Assembly: GCA_040756595.1 (NCBI GenBank)
Contig: JBFLYR010000004.1
Coordinates: forward strand, 22,695-86,694
Direction: 5' to 3'
DNA length: 64,000 nt
Source of the DNA: Pseudomonadota bacterium
GTDB taxonomy: Bacteria; Pseudomonadota; Gammaproteobacteria; Burkholderiales; Rhodocyclaceae
A program made the translations under genes and the position numbers. The notes beneath the pieces were generated by a model that was not told where the DNA came from, made no database searches, and was given only the letters and a program-made list of their open reading frames with translations. Positions 9,939 through 18,683 of the stretch are shown here, piece by piece; the first letter of the stretch is position 1; the number at the start of each line of letters is the position of its first letter.

Positions 9939-9962
9939 AAAGTCGGCGCTGGCGGGACGGCA
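9939..9962 (+). repeat. 24-nt dispersed repeat, copy 1 (perfect)
   Basis: AAAGTCGGCGCTGGCGGGACGGCA. It is intergenic between the convergent PCuAC and metY genes and ends 1 nt before the metY stop codon. An upstream CCAGCGCCG (9927-9935) pairs with element nt 6-14. Confidence 0.95.
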
Positions 9963-9963
9963 C

Positions 9964-11235
9964 TCAGACGGCGGCGAGTGCCTGTTCCAGATCGGCCTTC
10001 AGGTCGTCGATGTGCTCGATGCCGATCGACAGCCGCACCATGTCTTCCGACACACCGGCCTTCGCCAGTTCGGCCGGCGAAAGCTGGCGGTGGGTCGTGC
10101 TGGCCGGGTGGCAGGCGAGGCTCTTGGCATCGCCGATGTTGACGAGGCGCGTGATGAGCTTGAGCGCATCCTGGAAGCGCGCGCCGCCGGTGGCTCCACC
10201 CTTGACGCCGAAGGTCAGGATGCCCGAAGCACGGCCGCCCATGTACTTCTGCGCCAGCGCATGCTCGCGGTGGTCGGGCAGGCCGGCGTAATTGACCCAG
10301 CCCACCTTGGCATGGCCCTTGAGGTACTCGGCCACGGCCTGCGTGTTGGCGCAGATGCGGTCCATGCGCACGGCCAGCGTCTCGATGCCTTGCAGGATCA
10401 GGAAGCTGTTGAAGGGTGAGATCGCCGCACCCATGTTGCGCAGGGGCACGACGCGCGCGCGGCCGATGTAGGCGGCCGGGCCGAGCGCTTCGGTATAGAC
10501 CACGCCGTGGTAGGAGACATCCGGCGTGTTGAGGCGCTTGAAGCGTTCCTTGTGGTCGGCCCAGGGGAACTTGCCCGAATCGACGAGCACGCCGCCGATG
10601 CTGTTGCCGTGGCCGCCGAGATACTTGGTGAGCGAATGCACGACGATGTCGGCGCCATGCTCGAACGGCCGGCACAGATAGGGTGTCGGCACGGTGTTGT
10701 CGACGATCAGCGGCACGCCGGCCGCGTGGGCGATTTCTGCGATGGCCGCGAGGTCGATGATGTTGCCGAGCGGATTGCCGATCGATTCGCAATACACCGC
10801 CTTGGTGCGCGAATCGATGAGAGGTTTAAAGCTCGCGGGGTCGCGATAGTCGGCGAAGCGCACCTCGATGCCATACTGCGGCAGCGTGTGGGCGAAGAGG
10901 TTGTAGGTGCCGCCGTAGAGCGTGCCCACCGAGACGATGTTGTCGCCGGCTTCGGCGATGGTCTGGATCGCATAGGTGATCGCCGCCGCGCCGGAAGCCA
11001 GACCCAGTGCGCCGATCCCGCCTTCCATCGCGGCCATTCGCTTCTCCAGCACGTCGGTGGTCGGGTTCATGATGCGCGTGTAGATGTTGCCGGCGACCTT
11101 CAGGTCGAACAGGTCGGCACCATGCTGCGTGTCGTCGAACGCGTACGAGGTGGTCTGGTAGATCGGCACCGCCACCGCTTTGGTGGTGGGGTCCGGGCTG
11201 TAGCCGCCGTGAACGGCGAGAGTTTCGATTTTCAT
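9964..11235 (-). CDS. metY: O-acetylhomoserine aminocarboxypropyltransferase/sulfhydrylase
   Basis: 423 aa, beginning [18 protein letters not shown], with a PLP-enzyme Cys/Met-metabolism fold ([10 protein letters not shown] lysine motif). Confidence 0.9.
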   Translation of the reverse strand: MKIETLAVHGGYSPDPTTKAVAVPIYQTTSYAFDDTQHGADLFDLKVAGNIYTRIMNPTTDVLEKRMAAMEGGIGALGLASGAAAITYAIQTIAEAGDNIVSVGTLYGGTYNLFAHTLPQYGIEVRFADYRDPASFKPLIDSRTKAVYCESIGNPLGNIIDLAAIAEIAHAAGVPLIVDNTVPTPYLCRPFEHGADIVVHSLTKYLGGHGNSIGGVLVDSGKFPWADHKERFKRLNTPDVSYHGVVYTEALGPAAYIGRARVVPLRNMGAAISPFNSFLILQGIETLAVRMDRICANTQAVAEYLKGHAKVGWVNYAGLPDHREHALAQKYMGGRASGILTFGVKGGATGGARFQDALKLITRLVNIGDAKSLACHPASTTHRQLSPAELAKAGVSEDMVRLSIGIEHIDDLKADLEQALAAV

Positions 11236-11386
11236 TGGATTCCCCTGCGTTGTTTTTGCTGCTGTTGTTGATAAACTAAGCTTTTCGCTCGATTATATGT
11301 ATCAATCTGATTTTTCGAAACACCCGAAAGATATCACCTGCTAACATCAATGTCCGACAAAACCAATCAAGCATCCGGAGAGACAC

Positions 11387-12316
11387 ATGCAAATCGCCAG
11401 CAACATCATTGAACTGATCGGCAACACCCCGCTGGTCAAGCTCAACCGCCTGAACACGACTCGGGCCACGATCGCGTTGAAGCTCGAATATTTCAACCCC
11501 GCGCACAGCGTCAAGGATCGCATCGCGGCGGCGATGATCGAGGCCGCCGAGCGTGCCGGCAAGATCAAGCCGGACACGATCATCCTCGAACCGACTTCCG
11601 GCAACACTGGCATCGGCCTCGCGATGGTCTGTGCGGCGCGCGGTTACAAGGCGACCTTCGTGATGCCCGAGACGATGAGCCGCGAGCGCAAGCTGATGCT
11701 CAAGGCCTTCGGCGCCGAACTGATCCTCACGCCCGGTCCGGAAGGCATGCCCGGCGCGATCAAGAAGGCGAACGAACTCGCGGCGGCCGATCCGCGTTAC
11801 TTCATCCCGCAGCAGTTTGATAACCCGGCCAACCCGACGATCCACCGCAAGACGACCGCCGAGGAAATCTGGCGTGATACCGATGGCCTGGTCGATATCT
11901 TCGTCTCGGGTATCGGCACGGGCGGCACGATCACCGGCGTGGGCGAAGTGCTCAAGGCGAAGAAGCCCGGCGTGCAGATCGTCGCGGTCGAACCCGATGC
12001 CAGCCCGGTGCTGTCCGGCGGCGCGCGTGGCCCGCACCCGATTCAGGGCATCGGCGCCGGCTTCGTGCCCAGCATTCTCAACACCAAGGTCTACGACGAG
12101 ATCGTGCGCGTCAAGAACGATGATGCGCTCACCACCGCACGTCGCCTTGCCAGCGAGGAAGGCCTGATGGTCGGCATCTCCTCCGGTGCCGCGGTGTGGT
12201 CGGCGCTGGAAGTCGCCAAGCGTCCCGAGAATGCCGGCAAACTGATCGTCGTCGTGATTCCTTCCTTTGGCGAGCGCTATCTCTCCACGGTGCTCTATCA
12301 GCATTTAGAAGTGTAA
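11387..12316 (+). CDS. cysK: Cysteine synthase A (O-acetylserine sulfhydrylase)
   Basis: 309 aa with NPAHSVKDR (PLP lysine), [12 protein letters not shown] and [10 protein letters not shown] motifs. Confidence 0.93.
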   Translation: MQIASNIIELIGNTPLVKLNRLNTTRATIALKLEYFNPAHSVKDRIAAAMIEAAERAGKIKPDTIILEPTSGNTGIGLAMVCAARGYKATFVMPETMSRERKLMLKAFGAELILTPGPEGMPGAIKKANELAAADPRYFIPQQFDNPANPTIHRKTTAEEIWRDTDGLVDIFVSGIGTGGTITGVGEVLKAKKPGVQIVAVEPDASPVLSGGARGPHPIQGIGAGFVPSILNTKVYDEIVRVKNDDALTTARRLASEEGLMVGISSGAAVWSALEVAKRPENAGKLIVVVIPSFGERYLSTVLYQHLEV

Positions 12317-12355
12317 GAAGGGGGGCAGGGCGCGTGCTACCATGCCGCGCCCGCC

Positions 12356-14338
12356 ATGCCCGCCCAACCTGATCTAGACCGACTTTTCGCCGCCGACGGC
12401 CCGCTCGCTCGGGCCATTCCCGGTTACCGCCTGCGCGAACAGCAGATCGCCATGGCGCGCGAAGTGCAGGCGGCCATAGAAGCCAATCGCCTGCTGGTCG
12501 CCGAAGCCGGCACCGGCACCGGCAAGACCTTCGCCTATCTTGCACCCGCATTACTCTCAGGCGGCAAGGTGGTCATCTCCACCGGCACCAAGACCCTGCA
12601 GGACCAGCTCTTCAACCGCGACCTGCCGACCGTGCGCGACGCACTCGGCATGCCGGCGACCATCGCCTTGCTGAAGGGGCGCGCCAACTACCTCTGCCCG
12701 CACCATCTCGACCGCGCGCTCTCCGGCGGCAAGCTCAACTCGCGCGCCGAAGTGATGCACTTGCATGCCATCGCACGCTTCGCCAAGCTCACCGCGAGCG
12801 GCGACAAGGCCGAATGCACCGACGTGCCCGAGGATTCCGGCGCGTGGTACCTCGCCACCTCGACGCGCGAGAACTGCCTCGGGCAGGAGTGCGCCCACGT
12901 CAAGGAATGCTTCGTCCTCGCGGCGCGGCGCGAGGCGCTGCTCGCCGACGTGGTGGTCGTGAACCACCACCTGTTCTTCGCCGACGTGATGCTCAAGGAC
13001 GACGGCATGGGCGAACTGCTGCCGAGCTGCAACACCATCATCTTCGACGAAGCGCACCAGTTGCCCGAAGTGGCCGGCCTGTTCTTCGGCGAGAGCGTCG
13101 GCACGGGCCAGTTGCTCGATCTCGCGCGCGATGCCAAGCTCGAAGGCATCGCCGCCGCCAAGGACTACAAGCCGCTGCAGGAGGCGGTGAAGGCGCTGGA
13201 AAAGGCGGCGAAGGACTTGCGCCTCGCCTTCCGCCACGAGGGCCGCCTCGCCACCGCGCAATGGCTCCAGCACCCGCAGGCCATCGAGGCGCTGAAGCAT
13301 GTGCAGGCGATGCTCGACGAGCTTGGCAAGCATCTCGAAAGCCAGGCCGGACGCTCGGAAGGGCTGGCCAACTGCCTGCGCCGCTGCGGCGAACTCGTGC
13401 TGCTGCTGCGCCATTGGCAGAACGCGAAAGTCGGCGCTGACAAGACGGCACAGGGGGAGGACGAAGAGGAAGAAGAAATTCAGCCGGTACGCTGGGTCGA
13501 AGTAACGACCTACGGTGTCAGCTTCAATCTCACGCCGCTGTCGGTCGCACCGATCTTCCGCAAGCAACTCGAAGGCCATCCGCGCGCGTGGATCTTCACC
13601 TCGGCGACACTCGCGGTCGGCGAGGACTTTTCGCATTACCGCAATGCGCTGGGATTGACGGAGGCCGCCACCGGCCGCTGGGACAGTCCCTTCGACTACC
13701 CGGTCAACGCGCTGCTCTATTGTCCGACCGGCATGCCCGACCCGAACCATCCAGATTATGCCGAGGCCGTGGTCGAAGCCTGCTGGCCGGCGATCAAGGC
13801 ATCGCACGGCCGGGCCTTCGTGTTGTGCACCAGCCTACGCGCGATGCGGCGTATCCACGAACTGCTGGAACTGCGCATTGAAAACGACAGGCTCGACATG
13901 CCGTTGCTGCTGCAGGGACAGCGTTCGAAGTCCGAGCTGCTCGACAGCTTCCGCCGCCTCGGCAATGCCGTGCTGGTGGCGAGCCAGAGCTTCTGGGAAG
14001 GCGTTGATGTGCGCGGCGAGGCACTTTCGCTCGTCGTCATCGACAAGCTGCCCTTCGCGCCGCCCGACGACCCGGTGCTCGCGGCGCGCATCGATACCCT
14101 GAAGCGTCAGGGCCGCAATGCCTTCTTCGAGGTGCAGTTGCCGCGCGCGGTGATCAGCATGAAGCAGGGCGCGGGGCGGCTGATCCGCGACGAGACCGAC
14201 CGCGGCGTGCTGATGGTCTGCGACCCGCGCATGGTCGACAAGCCTTATGGCCGGCGCATCTGGCAGAGCCTGCCGCCGATGCGGCGCACGCGCGAGATCG
14301 CCGACGTCGAAGCGTTTTTCGAGAATCAGGAGAGCTGA
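12356..14338 (+). CDS. yoaA: ATP-dependent DNA helicase, XPD-like Fe-S family (YoaA/DinG type)
   Basis: 660 aa with [18 protein letters not shown] (Walker A), DEAH (FDEAHQL), a four-Cys region (C..C..C..C around residues 115-185), and an N-terminus resembling E. coli YoaA as I recall it. Confidence 0.8.
   Translation: MPAQPDLDRLFAADGPLARAIPGYRLREQQIAMAREVQAAIEANRLLVAEAGTGTGKTFAYLAPALLSGGKVVISTGTKTLQDQLFNRDLPTVRDALGMPATIALLKGRANYLCPHHLDRALSGGKLNSRAEVMHLHAIARFAKLTASGDKAECTDVPEDSGAWYLATSTRENCLGQECAHVKECFVLAARREALLADVVVVNHHLFFADVMLKDDGMGELLPSCNTIIFDEAHQLPEVAGLFFGESVGTGQLLDLARDAKLEGIAAAKDYKPLQEAVKALEKAAKDLRLAFRHEGRLATAQWLQHPQAIEALKHVQAMLDELGKHLESQAGRSEGLANCLRRCGELVLLLRHWQNAKVGADKTAQGEDEEEEEIQPVRWVEVTTYGVSFNLTPLSVAPIFRKQLEGHPRAWIFTSATLAVGEDFSHYRNALGLTEAATGRWDSPFDYPVNALLYCPTGMPDPNHPDYAEAVVEACWPAIKASHGRAFVLCTSLRAMRRIHELLELRIENDRLDMPLLLQGQRSKSELLDSFRRLGNAVLVASQSFWEGVDVRGEALSLVVIDKLPFAPPDDPVLAARIDTLKRQGRNAFFEVQLPRAVISMKQGAGRLIRDETDRGVLMVCDPRMVDKPYGRRIWQSLPPMRRTREIADVEAFFENQES
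13427..13450 (+). repeat. 24-nt dispersed repeat, copy 2 (3 substitutions)
   Basis: AAAGTCGGCGCTGACAAGACGGCA lies in frame in yoaA, read as KVGADKTA. It is followed by a purine-rich tract encoding QGEDEEEEE. Confidence 0.8.
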
Positions 14339-14339
14339 C

Positions 14340-14660
14340 ATGGCATGGATCCTTCTTTTTCTGGCGGGCCTGTTCGAGGTGGCCTGGGCCATCGGCCTGA
14401 AATACACCGAAGGCTTCACGCGGCCCATCCCGTCGGCGCTGACGCTGGCGGCAATGGTGGCGAGCGTCGTGCTGCTCGGCATTGCCATGAAGTCGCTGCC
14501 GGTCGGCACCGCCTACGCAGTATGGGTCGGCGTCGGCGCGGTGGGCACCGCGATCCTCGGCATCGTGCTGTTCGCCGAGCCGGCCACGGCGGGCCGGCTG
14601 ATCAGTCTGGCCCTGATCGTCGCCGGCATCGTCGGGCTGAAATTGGCGACGCCGGCATGA
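14340..14660 (+). CDS. sugE: SMR-family guanidinium/quaternary ammonium efflux protein (SugE/Gdx)
   Basis: 106 aa, [26 protein letters not shown]..., with a conserved Glu in TM1 and four helices. Confidence 0.88.
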   Translation: MAWILLFLAGLFEVAWAIGLKYTEGFTRPIPSALTLAAMVASVVLLGIAMKSLPVGTAYAVWVGVGAVGTAILGIVLFAEPATAGRLISLALIVAGIVGLKLATPA

Positions 14661-15289
14661 ACACGCCGGCACAGTCGTCACGCCTGCTGCTCGCGGGCAC
14701 GGTGCTGACGCTGGCAGTGCTCGTCTGGTCGGGCATCCGGCCCTTCGACCGCGCGACATGGATCATGGAAGTCGCGCCGGTCGTCATCGTGTTGCCCGTG
14801 TTGTGGGCGACCAGCAAGCGTTTTCCGCTGACCACCGTGCTGTACATCCTGATCTTCCTGCACGCCATCGTCCTGATGGTCGGCGGCGCCTACACCTACG
14901 CGCGCGTGCCGCTCGGTTTCGAAGTGGCCGAATGGTTCGGGTGGCAACGCAATCCCTATGATAGGCTCGGCCACTTCTTCCAGGGCTTCGTGCCCGCGCT
15001 CGCCGCGCGCGAAATCCTGCTGCGGGGCCGCACCGTGCAGGGTCGCCGCATGCTCGCCTTCATCGTCGTCTGCATCGTGCTGGCGATCAGCGCGAGCTAC
15101 GAACTGATCGAATGGGCTGCCGCGCTCGCGCTCGGGCAGGGCGCCGACGAATTCCTTGGCACGCAGGGCGATCCATGGGACACGCAGACCGACATGTTCA
15201 TGGCGCTGGTCGGTTCGCTGACGACGCTGGCGACATTGTCGAGGCTGCACGATCGCCAGATTGCGCGATTGACCTCAAAGAAAAGATAG
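14657..15289 (+). CDS. DUF2238 (YjdF-like) inner-membrane protein
   Basis: 210-aa polytopic protein whose ATG overlaps the sugE stop (ATGA). The [16 protein letters not shown] and ELIEWAAA motifs are recalled from the DUF2238 family. Confidence 0.65.
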   Translation: MNTPAQSSRLLLAGTVLTLAVLVWSGIRPFDRATWIMEVAPVVIVLPVLWATSKRFPLTTVLYILIFLHAIVLMVGGAYTYARVPLGFEVAEWFGWQRNPYDRLGHFFQGFVPALAAREILLRGRTVQGRRMLAFIVVCIVLAISASYELIEWAAALALGQGADEFLGTQGDPWDTQTDMFMALVGSLTTLATLSRLHDRQIARLTSKKR

Positions 15290-15422
15290 TCTGGCTACCG
15301 GAACTTCCAGCCAACCATCAGAAGAATCGGTGCCGGCAGGATGACGTTTGCAGTGCGTGGAGGAACAGGGCCCGGCTCGAATTGATTCCGGAGTCGGCCC
15401 CATCCTCTCTTCTCTTCGGACT

Positions 15423-15746
15423 CTACTTGGGCGGCTGATAGCCAATCTCACCAGCCTGCTTCATGGCTCGAACTGACTCCCCCGAACTCAGCAGCGGGGT
15501 GGTCCTGTAGGAACTCATGGCGCCGCTTGAACCGACAGCCATCGAAAACGCCGCTGCGCCAACGTTGTCCGGCATTTCCGCAATAGCGACGAAATCGTAC
15601 TCGCCCAAGGCGAGCCAGAAACCGTGCAGTTTGCCCCCAGATTTTTCGATCATTCCCCGCACTGCGGTTGCACGATCCTGCGGATTCTTGATCATCGATG
15701 AAGTGGCCGTTGGGGAGTACGTGCCTTGAATCAGATAATTGGTCAT
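15423..15746 (-). CDS. GYD-domain protein
   Basis: 107 aa from ATG 15746, MTNYLIQGTYS...GEYDFVAIAEMPD..., which is the GYD family signature. Confidence 0.7.
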   Translation of the reverse strand: MTNYLIQGTYSPTATSSMIKNPQDRATAVRGMIEKSGGKLHGFWLALGEYDFVAIAEMPDNVGAAAFSMAVGSSGAMSSYRTTPLLSSGESVRAMKQAGEIGYQPPK

Positions 15747-15990
15747 TATTGTTTTCCTATGGTCTTCACGAGGGGAGCCCCGTCGACCCACCATACGCGC
15801 ATTGCCCACATGTGCAAGACAATTCGTGACCTTGTCAGCAGAGTTCGCTACGAAGCGAAAACCCACATATCAAGCATGGGAAGCAGAATGTGGCCTGGTG
15901 TTATAGGGGAACCACGATATGCGGAAAGTTGGCACTGGCAGGAGGGTGATGCAAGTAAGATGAATACCCCCATTAAAGATTGACCCGACC

Positions 15991-17070
15991 ATGACCGATC
16001 TGTTTTCACCTGCCCGTTTCGGCGCCATCGAGCTTGCCAACCGCATCGTGATGTCGTCGCTGACGCGTAACCGCGCGGGGGCGGGCAACGTGCCGACGCC
16101 GCTGGTGGCCGAGTACTACCGGCAGCGCGCCAGCGCCGGCCTGATCCTCACCGAGGCGTCGCCGATCTGCCCGGCGGGGCACGGCTATCCGCGCACGCCG
16201 GGCATTCACAGCGAGGCGCAGATCGCCGGCTGGCAGGGCGTGACCGATGCGGTGCATCGTGCCGGCGGCAAGATCGCCCTGCAGATTTGGCATGTGGGCC
16301 GCATCTCGCATCCGGATTTGCAGCCCGGCGGCCAGTTGCCCGTTGCGCCGTCGGCGCTCAAGCCGGCCGGCCAGACGTTCACGGGCACGGGCATGAAGGA
16401 CTTCGTCACACCGCGCGCGCTCGCGACGGACGAGATTCCCGGGCTGGTGGCCACGTATGCGCAAGCGGCGAAGAATGCGCTGGATGCCGGCTTCGACGGC
16501 GTCGAGGTGCATGCCGGCAACGGCTATCTGATCGACCAGTTCCTGCGTTCGTCGACCAACCAGCGCACCGATGCCTACGGCGGCAGCAAGGAGAAGCGCG
16601 CCCGCCTGCTGCTGGAAGTGCTCGATGCCGTGGCCGGCGCCATCGGCAACGATCGCGTCGGCCTGCGGCTCTCGCCGGTCACGCCCTTCAACGACATCCG
16701 CGACGACGCGCCGCAGGACACCTTCGACTACGTCGTGACGCAACTGAACCCACGCCGGCTGGCCTTCCTCGACATCCTGCAGGGCACCGGCGGTTCGCCG
16801 CGCGAGCAGTGGGAACCGTTCGACTACGACCGCCTGCGTGATCTGTACGAAGGCAACCTGATCCTCAACAACGGTTACGACTTTGCCAGCGCGCAAGCGG
16901 CGCTCAGTGCGGGCAAGGCCGACGCCGTTGCCTACGGCCGGCTGCTGCTGGCGAATCCCGATCTCGTCGAACGTTTCCGCCGCGGCGCGCCGCTCAACCA
17001 GCCGGACTACGACAGGCTCTACGTCGGCGAGGAAAAGGGCTACACCGACTATCCCGCGCTGACAGGCTGA
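15991..17070 (+). CDS. nemA: NADH:flavin oxidoreductase / N-ethylmaleimide reductase (Old Yellow Enzyme family)
   Basis: 359 aa. It is collinear with E. coli NemA as recalled (PLTRxRA, EYYRQRASAGLI, HxANGYLxxQFL, GYTDYP at the C-terminus). Confidence 0.85.
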   Translation: MTDLFSPARFGAIELANRIVMSSLTRNRAGAGNVPTPLVAEYYRQRASAGLILTEASPICPAGHGYPRTPGIHSEAQIAGWQGVTDAVHRAGGKIALQIWHVGRISHPDLQPGGQLPVAPSALKPAGQTFTGTGMKDFVTPRALATDEIPGLVATYAQAAKNALDAGFDGVEVHAGNGYLIDQFLRSSTNQRTDAYGGSKEKRARLLLEVLDAVAGAIGNDRVGLRLSPVTPFNDIRDDAPQDTFDYVVTQLNPRRLAFLDILQGTGGSPREQWEPFDYDRLRDLYEGNLILNNGYDFASAQAALSAGKADAVAYGRLLLANPDLVERFRRGAPLNQPDYDRLYVGEEKGYTDYPALTG

Positions 17071-17093
17071 AAGTCGGCGCCGGCGAGACGGCA
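17070..17093 (+). repeat. 24-nt dispersed repeat, copy 3 (2 substitutions)
   Basis: AAAGTCGGCGCCGGCGAGACGGCA. Its first A is the last base of the nemA TGA stop codon. Confidence 0.9.
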
Positions 17094-17115
17094 CGGGCGC
17101 GGTAAACTCGGCGCG

Positions 17116-18189
17116 ATGAAGCTTTCAGACCTTCCCGCCGATCTGCTGGCCGATCGGCCGCATCTGTTCTCTGCCGCCACCGTGCCGGTGACGGCGGACG
17201 ATATGGCGCGCATGCGGGAAGTGATCGACGCGGTCGAGCATGTGATTGCATTGAAAGTCGGCGCTGGTGAGACGGCAGCCGCAGCAGGGCACGGCGTCTT
17301 CATGGGCTACGACTTCCATCTGACGCCGGCCGGCCCGCAACTCATCGAGATCAACACCAATGCCGGCGGCGGGCTGCTCGCGGCATTGCAGGCGCAGCGC
17401 GACGACGTGCTGGCTGCCTACGCCGCGATGTTCCGCGCCGAATGCCCACGTGAACTCAAGGCGCTCGCCATCGTCGATGAACAGCCGGCGAGCCAGTACC
17501 TCTACCCGGAGTTCCTCGGCTTCAAGCAGTTGTTCGAGGCGCACGGCATCACGGCGGTGATCTGCGATCCGTCCGAACTGATGCTCTGCCACGGCAACCT
17601 TTGGCACGAGGAAACGAAGCTCGACCTCATCTACAACCGGCTCACCGATTTCGATTTTTCAATGCCGGCGCACGCGGTGCTGCGCGAGGCCTGGCGGCAG
17701 GGCGTGACGATCACGCCCAACCCGGTGCTGCACGCGCACTATGCCGACAAGAAGAACCTGATCGCTCTGACCGATGCCGCCCAACTGGAAGCTTGGGGCG
17801 TCGATGCCGGGACGCAACGCATCCTGCTCGATGGCATTCCACGCACCGAACAGGTTGCGACGGAACGTGCCGATGATTTCTGGCAGCGCCGCAAGCAACT
17901 GTTCTTCAAGCCGGCGCTGGGCTATGGCTCGAAGGGCTCATATCGCGGCGACAAGCTGACCAAGCGGGTGTTCGAGGAAATCCTCGCCGGCGACTATGTC
18001 GCGCAAGCCTTTGCTCCGCCGTCGACCGTCCCGCTTGATGTGGCCGGGGAAATGACCGAGCTCAAGGCTGATGTCCGCAACTATGTGTATCGTGGCGCGG
18101 TCCAACTGGTGGCAGCGCGCCTGTATCAGGGGCAGACGACGAATTTCAGGACACCGGGCGGCGGTTTCGCGAAGGTAATCGAGGCATGA
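17116..18189 (+). CDS. Uncharacterised protein, possibly ATP-grasp-like
   Basis: 357-aa ORF with good coding appearance. The motifs IEINTNAGGG and NFRTPGGGFA are reminiscent of ATP-grasp/GSP-synthetase-like folds. This is a weak, memory-based assignment. Confidence 0.5.
   Translation: MKLSDLPADLLADRPHLFSAATVPVTADDMARMREVIDAVEHVIALKVGAGETAAAAGHGVFMGYDFHLTPAGPQLIEINTNAGGGLLAALQAQRDDVLAAYAAMFRAECPRELKALAIVDEQPASQYLYPEFLGFKQLFEAHGITAVICDPSELMLCHGNLWHEETKLDLIYNRLTDFDFSMPAHAVLREAWRQGVTITPNPVLHAHYADKKNLIALTDAAQLEAWGVDAGTQRILLDGIPRTEQVATERADDFWQRRKQLFFKPALGYGSKGSYRGDKLTKRVFEEILAGDYVAQAFAPPSTVPLDVAGEMTELKADVRNYVYRGAVQLVAARLYQGQTTNFRTPGGGFAKVIEA
17254..17277 (+). repeat. 24-nt dispersed repeat, copy 4 (2 substitutions)
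   Basis: AAAGTCGGCGCTGGTGAGACGGCA lies in frame in the 17116 ORF and is read as KVGAGETA. Confidence 0.9.
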
Positions 18190-18683
18190 AGGTATTTGGC
18201 TTTGCCGGCTATTCCGGCTCGGGCAAGACGACGCTGATCGAGCAGCTGATTCCGCGCTTCACGGCGCGCGGGTTGCGCGTGTCGCTGATCAAGCATACCC
18301 ACCACAATTTCGACGTGGATCATCCGGGCAAGGATTCCTACCGCCATCGCGCGGCGGGTGCGGGCGAGGTGCTGCTGACCTGCGATACGCGCTGGGTGCT
18401 GATGCACGAACTGCGCGGCGCGACCGAGCCGACGCTGGCGGAACAGTTGCAGGTGTTGTCGCCCTGCGACCTCGTGCTGGTGGAGGGGTTCAAGCAGACG
18501 CCGATCTCCAAGCTCGAAATCCATCGCCCATCCTATGGCAAGCCGCCGATCTGGCCCGAGAATAAGAGCGTGGTCGCGGTGGCGACCGATGGCCAGATCG
18601 ATTGCCCGCTGCCGAAACTTGACCTCAACGACCCGGACGCCATCGTCCAATTCATCCTCGATTATCTGGATCGCCCATGCTGA
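18186..18683 (+). CDS. mobB: Molybdopterin-guanine dinucleotide biosynthesis adaptor protein MobB
   Basis: 165 aa, beginning MKVFGFAGYSGSGKTTLIEQLI (P-loop), with a LVEGFK motif. Confidence 0.88.
   Translation: MKVFGFAGYSGSGKTTLIEQLIPRFTARGLRVSLIKHTHHNFDVDHPGKDSYRHRAAGAGEVLLTCDTRWVLMHELRGATEPTLAEQLQVLSPCDLVLVEGFKQTPISKLEIHRPSYGKPPIWPENKSVVAVATDGQIDCPLPKLDLNDPDAIVQFILDYLDRPC

Noticed and set aside
12199-12209. GTCGGCGCTGG 11-mer in cysK, matching repeat nt 4-14.
   Set aside because: There is no match to the flanking AAA or to the 3' arm. It encodes a native CysK segment (WSALEV), so chance occurrence of a GC-rich 11-mer is plausible.
12342-12385. ATGCCGCGCCCGCCATGCCCGCCC...GACCGACTTTT at the yoaA start, read as a possible disrupted reverse copy of the repeat.
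   Set aside because: It requires a 1-nt insertion plus an internal insertion of about 20 nt to align, which is too speculative.
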